A stretch of DNA of 52,519 bases, taken from assembly GCA_001776975.1 (NCBI GenBank), contig MFCS01000022.1, forward strand, positions 1 through 52,519, in the 5' to 3' direction. The translations under genes were made by a program, and so were the position numbers. Source of the DNA: Candidatus Daviesbacteria bacterium RIFCSPHIGHO2_01_FULL_41_45. GTDB lineage: Bacteria > Patescibacteriota > Microgenomatia > Daviesbacterales > UBA10151. Of the stretch, positions 1 to 9,191 are shown in pieces. The notes beneath the pieces were generated by a model, which saw only the letters and a list, made by a program, of their open reading frames with translations, was not told the DNA's origin and did not search any database. Every line of letters starts with the position of its first letter. The first letter of the stretch is position 1.

Positions 1-20
1 AAATTGAGCCTAAATACTTC

Positions 21-332
21 ATGAGACCGAACTTGCACGATCAAAAACAAGCGCAAAGAAAACTCCAGATAGTTAAAAACCAGCTCTATGGAACACAAAG
101 CATGAACCAGAAGCTAACAACTAGTAAGCTGGACATCTCCAGAGATGGATCCGATAGTAAGACGGTATTTTCCTTCAAATCTACTGAAGCTGGTACCTCT
201 AAAAATTTGTCATCAGATACCGGCTACCTAAACAGGGATTTATATAAGATATTTATCCTATCAACTATCGCTATTGGGACTCAGGTTGGTTTATGGTTGG
301 CAATTAGTAAAAATTTACTGAAACTATATTGA
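21..332 (+). CDS. hypothetical protein with C-terminal transmembrane helix
   Basis: 103-aa ORF with hydrophobic C-terminus (IFILSTIAIGTQVGLWLAI); start uncertain near the window edge. Confidence 0.55.
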   Translation: MRPNLHDQKQAQRKLQIVKNQLYGTQSMNQKLTTSKLDISRDGSDSKTVFSFKSTEAGTSKNLSSDTGYLNRDLYKIFILSTIAIGTQVGLWLAISKNLLKLY

Positions 333-349
333 AAGGAGGTGAATGTTGA

Positions 350-493
350 ATGCAGATGTATTGTGTTAAGTGCCGACAAAAAAGAGATGCAAACGATGCC
401 CAAGAAGTTACCATGAAAAATGGCAAGAAAGCTATGAAGGGAGTTTGTTCTGTTTGTGGCACTGGAATGTACAGAATTGGTGGAAAAGTATAA
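350..493 (+). CDS. small zinc-ribbon protein, DUF5679-like (47 aa, MQMYCVKCRQKRDANDAQEVTMKNGKKAMKGVCSVCGTGMYRIGGKV)
   Basis: Not in ORF track; translated by hand. Two CxxC motifs, MKNG turn, strong SD AAAGGAGGTGA at 332-342, terminator downstream. Confidence 0.85.
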   Translation: MQMYCVKCRQKRDANDAQEVTMKNGKKAMKGVCSVCGTGMYRIGGKV

Positions 494-523
494 CTTCTTC
501 ACTAGGTGAAATATTCACCAACT

Positions 524-562
524 AAGAAGGCCCTCGTAGAAATGCGGGGGTTTTTCTTTTTT
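524..562 (+). terminator. intrinsic terminator, probably bidirectional
   Basis: AAGAAGGCCCTCGTA-GAAA-TGCGGGGGTTTTTCTTTT stem-loop with T-tract, between convergent genes. Confidence 0.8.
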
Positions 563-570
563 AAGAAACT

Positions 571-918
571 TTATAAGGAGTTGAGGTCTTTATCTACTGC
601 TGTAAAGTCTGCTTCTACTTCGGTAATTGCCAAAGATTCCAGCTCTTTTTTTAAAGCAGTAATGCTGGCATCCTCACTACTTTGAGTAACTGGAGCTTGC
701 TCTGCTTCTTTAGTCTGACTCTGTTGCAAATAATAGTAAACTCCTCCTGCAGCCAGAAGCAAAACCACCACCCCGATTATCAAAAATAATTTGCTACGGC
801 CACCTTTTGCTGGCTGAGGTACTGGAACTCCCGGCACAGTGGGATTTGGAACTACTCCTGCTGGTGTAGGTACCATCACGCTAGGTGACACCGGAGCTGG
901 ATTGGTATTATTGTCCAC
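571..918 (-). CDS. single-pass membrane protein with Pro-rich N-terminus
   Basis: Pro/Val-rich N-terminus, TM helix LFLIIGVVVLLLAAGGVYYYL, short acidic helix. Confidence 0.8.
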   Translation of the reverse strand: MDNNTNPAPVSPSVMVPTPAGVVPNPTVPGVPVPQPAKGGRSKLFLIIGVVVLLLAAGGVYYYLQQSQTKEAEQAPVTQSSEDASITALKKELESLAITEVEADFTAVDKDLNSL

Positions 919-1573
919 CGGTAGCTCCTTCTTTAGTCTTAGCTATCGCTACAAATACCGCAGCCACTGATTTTCTGGCATCTATCACCTGAGCATGAAC
1001 CACTTTTAAATCAGTCAACAACTGATCCCTGATTTCCTGGAACTCAGTTTTCAAAGCTGCTTCAGTGGTAATAGTCACTGGATAAGACACCGTTGACTGT
1101 TCTTGAACAGCAGCTCTGGCTGTATCGATACTATCTCTAGATTCTGCGATCGCCGACGCAACTTCTGTAGTCGAAAGGGCAGACACCGTTGCAATCCTTG
1201 CCTCTACCCGATCCATCAAAGCATCCATCTGATCTAGATGTTTTAACATATTAGCAGTTCTGACCTCGTTAATCTTACTTAGATTAGCATCCAGCCTTTC
1301 AGCCACAGTAGCTTTTTTTCTATCTTTTATAGCTTTCAACTGAGTTTTGAGGGTGTCTTTTCTAATAGCTGCGGCAGAGGCAACTTTGCTTTTTCTTTCC
1401 AAAAAGGCTTCTTTAGATTCAGCCATCTTAGTTCTCACTTCAGCTGCCTTAGAAGCCAGCTGTTCTCGTCTAGCCTCCACTTTATCCTTGATAACCACCG
1501 CTCTCGTCTGAGCAAAAACAATGGTTGGGGTGACTAAAAGTATCAATACCAATAGGGCAGGGAGAAGTTTCAC
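908..1573 (-). CDS. secreted alpha-helical/coiled-coil protein
   Basis: Signal peptide (MKLLPALLVLILLVTPTIVFA), long Ala/Lys/Glu-rich helices. Confidence 0.8.
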   Translation of the reverse strand: MKLLPALLVLILLVTPTIVFAQTRAVVIKDKVEARREQLASKAAEVRTKMAESKEAFLERKSKVASAAAIRKDTLKTQLKAIKDRKKATVAERLDANLSKINEVRTANMLKHLDQMDALMDRVEARIATVSALSTTEVASAIAESRDSIDTARAAVQEQSTVSYPVTITTEAALKTEFQEIRDQLLTDLKVVHAQVIDARKSVAAVFVAIAKTKEGATGGQ

Positions 1574-1595
1574 TACTTAAGACTTTCTCATAATT

Positions 1596-1844
1596 TTACT
1601 TTTCTGTCAACTTTGGGTACTCGGACGAGAAATCACTGGGAGCCAAAGAGTCCAAAGCATTCTCTAAATTTGTATCCTTATTAATAGGTAAGGGTGTTGC
1701 TGAAGGTGTGATTGTGATGGTTGGCACTGCTTTATTTTGCTCTACCAGAATCACAGAGCTTTTTGAAACACCTAGCCTATTATTGATAATCCAGTAGGTA
1801 ACTATACTAACTACCAATAAACTAATGATTACAAGCTTCTTCAT
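1596..1844 (-). CDS. small membrane-anchored protein
   Basis: N-terminal TM, Pro/Thr linker, ATGA overlap with the upstream gene. Confidence 0.7.
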   Translation of the reverse strand: MKKLVIISLLVVSIVTYWIINNRLGVSKSSVILVEQNKAVPTITITPSATPLPINKDTNLENALDSLAPSDFSSEYPKLTEK

Positions 1845-2347
1845 AGCACCTTCGTCAAAATCTGTTGCGATTTAATTACCTTGGATCTGGCTGAATCCAG
1901 CTCAGAACGGAAAAATCCAATAGTTCTTTTCAGATCCGATTCTAGATTGGACTCCCCACTAATATCAAAAATGTAGATCTTAGCTGCCTGATAAGCCACC
2001 GCCTCGTGAGTATAAGTAATCCAATAACGAGCCTCTTCTACCTGTTTTGTGTTTTTTCTCGGGAACCGTGTTTCATACTCATCAAGTATCCTACCTTGTG
2101 TTTCCATAATCCAACTCAGCTCATCAGTTTTGGCTTGATTCATCCTGGTAATTCGCTCTGAAACAATCTTTAACCTATCTTGACTGGACTGGGAATAATT
2201 ATCAATTTTCTGGTTATAAACCTCACTTCTTTCATTAATAATATCCTCAGGAGTCACTCTAGCTGAAACAGGAAGGGGATTTATAAAGTATGCTACAAAA
2301 ATTATGAATAAAAAAAAGATTGTTCTAAATTGTAAAACGGGAATCAT
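1841..2347 (-). CDS. secreted helical protein, probable paralog of 908..1573
   Basis: Signal peptide ending PVSA; aligns by eye with the 221-aa protein. Confidence 0.75.
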   Translation of the reverse strand: MIPVLQFRTIFFLFIIFVAYFINPLPVSARVTPEDIINERSEVYNQKIDNYSQSSQDRLKIVSERITRMNQAKTDELSWIMETQGRILDEYETRFPRKNTKQVEEARYWITYTHEAVAYQAAKIYIFDISGESNLESDLKRTIGFFRSELDSARSKVIKSQQILTKVL

Positions 2348-2350
2348 AAA

Positions 2351-3898
2351 TTAGTTTTCTTCTTTTGCTCGATAAGTTAACGCCTCAGCGACATGCTCTG
2401 ACCTGACGGTCTCACTACTAGCAAGGTCAGCGATGGTTCGGGATAATTTTAGTACCCGGTGATATCCACGAGCAGATAAATTCATCTGGGCAATAGCTAA
2501 CTTTAACAGATCCATCCCTTCTTGGGTAATGGTGCAGTGTTGTTTAATCTGTGCCGATCCCATCTCAGAGTTAGTTAATAATCCACTACCTTTAAATCTC
2601 TCCCTTTGCATCTCTCGCGCTTTTTCTATCCTTAGCCTAATCTTCTCAGAGGCTTCCGCCAGCGTATCATCAGTCAGTTTTTCGACCTCAACTGCCGGTA
2701 CCTCCAAATGAATATCTATCCTGTCCATTAACGGTCCAGAGAGTTTTCTTTTATACCTAGAGATCTCTCCCGGCGTACAGATACAGTGTTTACGGTGTAA
2801 AGCACCGGAGCTTTGCTCATTAGGGCTGCCTAAAAAACCACAAGGACAGGGGTTATGGGCTGCTAGGAGAATAAACTGAGAAGGAAAAGTTAGCGTTCCT
2901 GAAGCTCTAGAGATGGTTACCTTACGGTCTTCTAACGGTTGGCGCAGTGCCTCTAAAACCTGTCTCGGGAACTCGCTGGCCTCATCCAAAAACAATACTC
3001 CTCTATGAGCTAAGGATACCTCTCCTGGTTTAATGGAGTTTCCACCACCAATAATCCCCACATAAGAGGCAGTATGGTGCGGGGAACGGAACGGCCGGGT
3101 AGTAATTAATGGCCTATTACGGTTGGTAAAGCCATTGATCGAGTAAATTCGGGTCACCTCCAATGCCTCATCGTGAGTTAAAGCTGGTAAAATTGACGGG
3201 AAAGCCCGGGCTAAAAGTGTTTTTCCTCCGCCCGGTGGACCAGACAGTAATACATTGTGAGCCCCTGCTGCTGCAATCTCCAAAGCCCGTTTAGATTGCT
3301 GCTGTCCTTTAATATCCTTAAAATCATACTCAAAGGAGTGATTATTGGCAGTCTCCAGAACGGTAGTTGCTTGGGGTGTTAAGGCAATAGCCCCTGAGAG
3401 AAATTGAAAAGCCTCCAGCAAAGATTTTAAAGAATATACCTCAATTCCTTCCACCACAGCTGCTTCCACGGCGTTATCTGCTGGCACCAATATCCTTTTT
3501 AACCCCATCTCTTTAGCTAGCATGGTATAACCCAATACTCCTGAGGTTGACCTTAGTCCACCATCCAGTGACAATTCACCAACCACCAAGGTATCTGCTA
3601 AATCCACCACTAATTGACCCGAGGCGATCAGTAATCCCACAGCAATCGCTAAATCAAATGAGGGACCCTCCTTGGGTAAATCAGCTGGGGCTAAGTTAAG
3701 AGTGATTCTTTTGGGAGGGAAGTCTGCCCCAGTATTACGGATAGCTGAACGAACCCGCTCTTTAGATTCCTCGACTGCCCGGTCGGCTAAACCAACGATA
3801 GTAAACGATGGCAATCCGGCTGAGGCAATGTCTACCTCAACCGTCACCAACACACACTCTATCCCCAAACTGGCTCCAGAGAAAACCTTGGCAAGCAT
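2351..3898 (-). CDS. comM: YifB/ComM-family Mg-chelatase-like AAA+ ATPase
   Basis: VGLADRAVEESKERVRSA, NLAPADLPKEG, Walker A GPPGGGKT, LAHRGVLFLDE, NPCPCG. Confidence 0.95.
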   Translation of the reverse strand: MLAKVFSGASLGIECVLVTVEVDIASAGLPSFTIVGLADRAVEESKERVRSAIRNTGADFPPKRITLNLAPADLPKEGPSFDLAIAVGLLIASGQLVVDLADTLVVGELSLDGGLRSTSGVLGYTMLAKEMGLKRILVPADNAVEAAVVEGIEVYSLKSLLEAFQFLSGAIALTPQATTVLETANNHSFEYDFKDIKGQQQSKRALEIAAAGAHNVLLSGPPGGGKTLLARAFPSILPALTHDEALEVTRIYSINGFTNRNRPLITTRPFRSPHHTASYVGIIGGGNSIKPGEVSLAHRGVLFLDEASEFPRQVLEALRQPLEDRKVTISRASGTLTFPSQFILLAAHNPCPCGFLGSPNEQSSGALHRKHCICTPGEISRYKRKLSGPLMDRIDIHLEVPAVEVEKLTDDTLAEASEKIRLRIEKAREMQRERFKGSGLLTNSEMGSAQIKQHCTITQEGMDLLKLAIAQMNLSARGYHRVLKLSRTIADLASSETVRSEHVAEALTYRAKEEN

Positions 3899-3960
3899 CT
3901 AAATCCCATAATAACCTTCTTATCTGCTTCCCTGCAACATTCTAAACTTCATAGATTGGT

Positions 3961-3989
3961 TTGAATTTAAAGAACAAAGGATCTATAAT
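3961..3989 (+). promoter_or_regulatory. sigma70-type promoter of rnpB
   Basis: TTGAAT-17 nt-TATAAT directly upstream of the P1 helix. Confidence 0.75.
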
Positions 3990-3993
3990 AAAC

Positions 3994-4298
3994 GTGCCTA
4001 GGAAGCTGGATGATAGTACGTTCAGTAAAATGAATGTACAGGAAAGTCCAGACAGCACAAAGCAGGGTGGCCAGTGTAAACTGACAGCCGTGAGGTCTAG
4101 TTAGAGCAACAGTGACGAACCGAGGTCAAGCTCGGGTGAAACGGGCAATCCTCCCCGCTGCAATCCTAGAACGAACCGAACTGCTTGTTCTATGGTTCAA
4201 ATCAGGAGCAGTCGCCGTAAGGCGACGGAAGTGACCAAACATCACTACCAGATAGATTTCATCTAAAACAGAATCTGGCTTATGGGCTTCCTAGGCAC
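3994..4298 (+). ncRNA. rnpB: RNase P RNA
   Basis: Terminal P1 helix GTGCCTAGGAAGC/GCTTCCTAGGCAC; conserved GGAAAGTCC, GCAACAG, GGTGAAACGGGCAATCCTC and AACAGAA..GGCTTA segments. Confidence 0.95.
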
Positions 4299-4415
4299 AA
4301 ACTTATCTTTTCTGGTTGATTTATTGGATATAGTGATGAATTAACTACCGCCATATTCATCGGTGCCAAATAAGCCAACTATTAAGCACGTTACCGTTGA
4401 GATTGAGACCCCTAA

Positions 4416-5384
4416 CTAGCTCTCGTTTTTTTGCAAAACCTCTTTAATGACAACCTGAATTACTACCGCTATTGGAACCGCCAACAATGCTCCAGCTACT
4501 CCCAAAAGTCTGCCCCCAACTGATACTGTTAATATTACCAATAAAGGATTTAGGCCCACTGCCCGTTTCATAACTTGGGGTACAACTAAGTGATTCTCCA
4601 GCTGTTGGATAGCTAAATATAAACCAGCTACTAATCCTGCCAAAACAGGGGAGACGGTCAGGGCAATTAATATTGCTGGGATAGCCGAGATAATTGGCCC
4701 AATAACAGGTACTACCTCCATTAAGCCAGCAATAATTGCCAATGACAGCGCAAACTCCACTCCCAAAACCTCTAGTCCAAGATAGGTTACTACACCAATA
4801 ATCAAAGATAGGATCAGCTGTCCTCTAAGCCACGCCCCTAGTTTTTCTTCAATCGTGGAGATCAACTTACTAACCTTTGATTGATTAGCAACAAAAAGTG
4901 AAGTTGCACGATCTTCAATACCTTTCCGATCTAATAACAGATAAAAAGTGACTACAATTACACTGACAAATCCAACTATAATCTTAAAAACATCCAAGGT
5001 ATAAGAGACTAGCTGGGAGGAGATCGAGGAAAACTGCCCTTGAATCACTGAACGATCAATATAGTTAGCCTGTAATAATCCACTAACAGCCTCCGACAAC
5101 CGTTGAGTCAAAGAGCTAGTCTGGATTATTAATGGAGTAAACCCGGCTGCTAAAACCCCAATCAATAACCCTAAAATAGCTAAAAATAAAATTACGATTG
5201 CCAATGGTCTAGGTATCCTCCAGGCTACTAATCTATCAACCAAGGGATACAAGGCTGACATTAGGATAAAGGATACAAACACCAATAAAATTATGTCTAA
5301 AATCAAATAGGTAATCCACAACGAGAGTAAAAAAAATGTTATAAAAAGAATCGTTTTCCAGGAGATATCAACTCGTCTATTCAT
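4416..5384 (-). CDS. AI-2E family transporter
   Basis: Multi-TM; WLRGQL, VPVIGP, QQLENHLVVPQVM, GALLAVP motifs. Confidence 0.92.
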   Translation of the reverse strand: MNRRVDISWKTILFITFFLLSLWITYLILDIILLVFVSFILMSALYPLVDRLVAWRIPRPLAIVILFLAILGLLIGVLAAGFTPLIIQTSSLTQRLSEAVSGLLQANYIDRSVIQGQFSSISSQLVSYTLDVFKIIVGFVSVIVVTFYLLLDRKGIEDRATSLFVANQSKVSKLISTIEEKLGAWLRGQLILSLIIGVVTYLGLEVLGVEFALSLAIIAGLMEVVPVIGPIISAIPAILIALTVSPVLAGLVAGLYLAIQQLENHLVVPQVMKRAVGLNPLLVILTVSVGGRLLGVAGALLAVPIAVVIQVVIKEVLQKNES

Positions 5385-6339
5385 CTTTTGAATAATACCA
5401 GCTTTGGACTCTGCTTTCCACCAGAGTTAGCCAATTTGGGGTGGTGACATCAAACCAGGTAACATTTTTCTCTTTCTTAAACCAGGTCATTTGACGTTTA
5501 GCATATTGGTGAATCTTTACTTTTAAGTCTTTTAAAAATAAATCCTTACTAATTTCACCTTCCAGAAAATCTGCCAATACCCCATACTCTAGCCCTAACT
5601 GCCTCATCCTTTGAAAGGGGACGCCTTGCGAGGCTAGTCGCTCACCTTCTTCTATCAATCCTTGGTCGATTCGGGATAACAAGCGTTGGTCAATACGATC
5701 ATTTAAAATCTCTCGGGGAGCAGTCAGTCCAATTTTTAGTGTGTTATATTTTTGAGTTTTTAGATTAGAGTTTTGAGATTGTTGTTGTATGTATGGATTC
5801 ATATTTATAAGTTCGATAGAGCGGATGATCCTTCTGGAATTATTACGGTCCGAGTTGTTTAATCCCTCCCATTTTTGAGGATCTAATTTTTGTAGTTTAA
5901 TTTGCAACTCATCCAAGGTGAGCTTCTCCAACTTTGACCTGAGATCTGGATCCACTGGGATAGCTAAATTTGGCAAACCTTCTAATAAAGCTTTAAGATA
6001 AAGTCCTGTTCCCCCAACTATAATTGGCAAATTACCCCTGTTAATAATTCCCTCTATAACTTTCGTAGATTGTGCGACGTAGTCACTAACTGAGTAGCGT
6101 TGTCTAGGATCAACTACATCATACATATAAATGGGAACTCCATCTATAATCCACTGAGAATTAGAGATTGAAACTTGAAAATTCCCTGAAGGAGCCTTCC
6201 CTGTCCCAATGTCCAACCCTCTATAAACCTGCCGGGAATCACAAGCTACTAACTCGCCTCCATATTTTTTAGCTAAAATCAGAGCCAAATCAGTCTTACC
6301 AGTAGCTGTTGGGCCAAGTATAACAAGCTGTTTCCTCAT
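5377..6339 (-). CDS. miaA: tRNA dimethylallyltransferase
   Basis: GPTATGKT, DSRQVYRGLDIGTGK, VGGTGLY, YAKRQMTWF. Confidence 0.97.
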   Translation of the reverse strand: MRKQLVILGPTATGKTDLALILAKKYGGELVACDSRQVYRGLDIGTGKAPSGNFQVSISNSQWIIDGVPIYMYDVVDPRQRYSVSDYVAQSTKVIEGIINRGNLPIIVGGTGLYLKALLEGLPNLAIPVDPDLRSKLEKLTLDELQIKLQKLDPQKWEGLNNSDRNNSRRIIRSIELINMNPYIQQQSQNSNLKTQKYNTLKIGLTAPREILNDRIDQRLLSRIDQGLIEEGERLASQGVPFQRMRQLGLEYGVLADFLEGEISKDLFLKDLKVKIHQYAKRQMTWFKKEKNVTWFDVTTPNWLTLVESRVQSWYYSKDE

Positions 6340-6620
6340 TCGGTTTTACCGAAGATCCAAGAAGTTTTAGTGAGCTTTGGTGCCTCACTCTTTTTTATAT
6401 TTTTTCTTAAGTTTTTCTTTTCGGTTAGCCTGGCTACTCTCACTACTGTATCTGTACCCACTCCCACTTGAGAAGCTATGCTCCTAATGGAATTTCCTTC
6501 TTCAAGTAAGTTGAGGATTAAAAACCGCTGTTTGATCATTCGCAGCTCAGAGTCAGTTAACAGCTCCCTTAACATCTCCAGGGGAACCTCCACTGTTCTA
6601 TCTAGAGTAGGTTTTGCCAT
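6336..6620 (-). CDS. Trp-repressor-family (YerC/YecD-like) HTH regulator
   Basis: LLTDSELRMIKQR...SIRSIASQVGVGTDTVVRV; start taken at ATG 6620 just downstream of a TTGACT-18-TAGTAT promoter (track start 6632). Confidence 0.8.
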   Translation of the reverse strand: MAKPTLDRTVEVPLEMLRELLTDSELRMIKQRFLILNLLEEGNSIRSIASQVGVGTDTVVRVARLTEKKNLRKNIKKSEAPKLTKTSWIFGKTE

Positions 6621-6633
6621 GTATGGATTCATA
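6619..6633. promoter_or_regulatory. candidate palindromic operator ATGTATGGAT(T/A)CATA (other copies at 5789-5803 and 10999-11013)
   Basis: 15-bp motif seen three times; this copy overlaps the -10 box and start of the TrpR-like gene. Confidence 0.5.
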
Positions 6634-6673
6634 CTAAACGAGATAGGGGAGAAAAGTCAACTGATACCTTCTA

Positions 6674-6946
6674 TTACTTAATTAATCGCTTGATAGTCTT
6701 TCCAGCGGTAAAGGAAGGAAGCTTTTTGCTTGGTATTTGAATGGTGGCTCCTGTTTGAGGATTTCTACCTCTTCTGGCTGCCCGAGAACGAACTAGGAAA
6801 GTACCAAAACCAGTGATAACCACCTTTTCTCCTCTAGAAAGTGAATCCCGAACGGTATTAAAGGTAGAATTCACGGCATCAGAGGCAGCTCTTTTTGTTA
6901 AGGAAGCCTTCTTGGCAACCTTTTCGATAAGTTCATTTTTTGTCAT
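6674..6946 (-). CDS. hup: DNA-binding protein HU
   Basis: MTKNELIEKVA, ITGFGTF, RAARRGRNPQTG. Confidence 0.96.
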   Translation of the reverse strand: MTKNELIEKVAKKASLTKRAASDAVNSTFNTVRDSLSRGEKVVITGFGTFLVRSRAARRGRNPQTGATIQIPSKKLPSFTAGKTIKRLIK

Positions 6947-7065
6947 ATGAGGCAACAAACAAAAAACATGATTGATTTATCAATCAATATTCTTTGTCAT
7001 GGCTTCCCGTAATTTATCAGATAATCATCTTGTTGTAAAGCATTAGGTATGATATAAAGAGGCCA

Positions 7066-7824
7066 ATGTTACACGAAGCAGAGGAGTTTATAAGCTTAGA
7101 CGATCTAGAAACTGGCGGACTCCCTATCTCAAACACTCCTAAGGTTATTAGACACTTATTAACTCAGCCAGATATTTATATTGCTGGGATCCGTAGCCCT
7201 TTCCATGATGAAATAGTCAGAGTGGGTCCCATTGAGTTATTTATAGCTCCCAAACAACCGATAAACCCGACTGTAGAGTCTATTAATAGTTTTCAGAATG
7301 CAGTGAGATATAATTTACCAATTTCTATTCATCTTACAAGTAGCGCTCTAGCAACAGTCTGTAACCAGTCACGAAACTTAGCGTTTGAACGATTTGTTAC
7401 AAAAGGAACAATCTCTACAGCTCGGATGTGGTTTAATGATCCTTTATATACTATAACCGAAGAAACAATTGTCACAACAAGACCATTAGTAGCCGAGTCA
7501 CAGATATTGGAGAAATTAGGAGTTCAGGAAAATATGCGCAGGAATAGGGAGGCTAGTGAGAAAGGAAACGGCCAGAAAGAATCATCTATTAACATCAGTA
7601 CAGTTATTTGGGTTTATCCAAACCGGTTTTATGCCCGGATGATTGCAAAAAGTGCAGGGATTTTAGCTGGATATGCTGAGTTGTCAGAACATAATCATGA
7701 TGAGGTGCGAGATTTAGAAGTTGCAATTAGACATTTTATAACTCCTAGCTACTTAGAGAATATGAAAAATCCAAGTTACCAATACCCATCACCAGAAGAA
7801 TACCTCGAGCAATTAAGAAGATAG
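7066..7824 (+). CDS. hypothetical protein
   Basis: 252-aa ORF with TGnTATAAA 7 nt upstream of ATG; no recognised motif. Confidence 0.65.
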   Translation: MLHEAEEFISLDDLETGGLPISNTPKVIRHLLTQPDIYIAGIRSPFHDEIVRVGPIELFIAPKQPINPTVESINSFQNAVRYNLPISIHLTSSALATVCNQSRNLAFERFVTKGTISTARMWFNDPLYTITEETIVTTRPLVAESQILEKLGVQENMRRNREASEKGNGQKESSINISTVIWVYPNRFYARMIAKSAGILAGYAELSEHNHDEVRDLEVAIRHFITPSYLENMKNPSYQYPSPEEYLEQLRR

Positions 7825-9162
7825 GGCGTATTCAGTGGCTCGAACCTCACGGATAGCTGTAACTTTGATCTGACCTGGTACCACCACCTCTGCCCCAATT
7901 TTTTTGGCTATATCATAAGTTAATTTTGGCAGTTCAGCATCAGACACCCTCTCTGGGAAAACTATCACTCTAACCTCCCGCCCAGCAGCTACCGCAAAGG
8001 CTTTATCTACTCCCTCAAAAGAGGTGGCGATTTTTTCAATATCTTCAATCCGTTTCAAATACCCTTGGATGTCCTCCCGTCTAGCCCCCGGTCTACTCCC
8101 GGAGATAGCATCTGCCAGGTACGCTACAACTGACTCAACTGAGGAGAAGGGTTGATCCTCATGATGCTCTGCCACACAATTAATTACCTCTTGCGGTAAG
8201 TTATATTTCTTTAAGACCTGCACTCCCTTGTCAACATGGGTTCCCTCATCTGCATCCTCATAAGCTACTTTTCCAATATCATGCAACAAACAGGCCAACT
8301 TAACGATATTAACATTAGCTCCCAGCTCTGCAGCTAGGGCAATTCCAATCTTAGTCTCCTCAAGAGTATGCTGAATTAAATTCTGGCCATAAGAGTAGCG
8401 GTACTTAAATCTTCCTATCAGAGTTACTAGTTCAGCTGGTAAATTATAAACCCCAACCTGATGACACAACCGTTCTCCTTCTTGCAGCATAATTTTCTCA
8501 ATATCTTGTTTTGTAGCCTCGACAATTTCCTCAATTCTTTGTGGTTGGATTCTACCGTCTTTTAATAATCTCTCCAAGGATACTCTAGCAATTTCCCGTC
8601 TGACCGGATCAAATGAGGATAGGATCAACACCCCAGGTGTCTCATCCATTAATACGTCTACCCCTGTTGATTGCTCAAAAGTTCGGATATTTCTGCCTTC
8701 TTTGCCAATAATTCTTCCTTTGGTTTCTTCATCAGGTAAGGTAACTGTTGAGGTGGTGAACTCAGCTACATAATCGGTGAGTCCGTGCATCATGGCATCA
8801 GCCAAGAGCTCTTTGGATTTTTCATCAGTAGCTAGTTTAATCTGATCTTCAGCTTCTCTGATTTTTTTGGACACTTCTGAAGCTAAATCTTTTTCTAAAT
8901 TTTCCAGGAGTAATTTCTTAGCTTCTTCTAAAGAAATACTGGAAACTTTTTCTAACTTGGCAAGCAAATCTTGTCTGACTTTGTCAGATGCGTCTAATTT
9001 TTGGGCTAAGAGCTGGCTTTTTCCCTCATTTTGTCGCTCACGTTCTTCTAATATTCCCTCCCGTTTGGCAAGTTCAGCCTGTTTATCGGTTAAGTCAGAA
9101 TTGGATTGAAGAGTTTGCCCCGGGTCGGTCGAGGGATTAGATGAGCCAAAGGACTTTTGCAT
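7813..9162 (-). CDS. rny: ribonuclease Y (no N-terminal TM anchor)
   Basis: KH domain KGRIIGKEGRNIR, HD domain LLHDIGK, ADAISGSRPGAR. Confidence 0.96.
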   Translation of the reverse strand: MQKSFGSSNPSTDPGQTLQSNSDLTDKQAELAKREGILEERERQNEGKSQLLAQKLDASDKVRQDLLAKLEKVSSISLEEAKKLLLENLEKDLASEVSKKIREAEDQIKLATDEKSKELLADAMMHGLTDYVAEFTTSTVTLPDEETKGRIIGKEGRNIRTFEQSTGVDVLMDETPGVLILSSFDPVRREIARVSLERLLKDGRIQPQRIEEIVEATKQDIEKIMLQEGERLCHQVGVYNLPAELVTLIGRFKYRYSYGQNLIQHTLEETKIGIALAAELGANVNIVKLACLLHDIGKVAYEDADEGTHVDKGVQVLKKYNLPQEVINCVAEHHEDQPFSSVESVVAYLADAISGSRPGARREDIQGYLKRIEDIEKIATSFEGVDKAFAVAAGREVRVIVFPERVSDAELPKLTYDIAKKIGAEVVVPGQIKVTAIREVRATEYALSS

Positions 9163-9191
9163 TCCAATTATTCTCCATAGCCCGTATTATA

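Noticed and set aside
281-502. 73-aa minus-strand ORF in the track
   Set aside because: Antisense shadow of the 350..493 zinc-ribbon gene, which has the SD and terminator
4299-4415. Spacer between rnpB and the AI-2E transporter
   Set aside because: No credible ORF, hairpin or repeat
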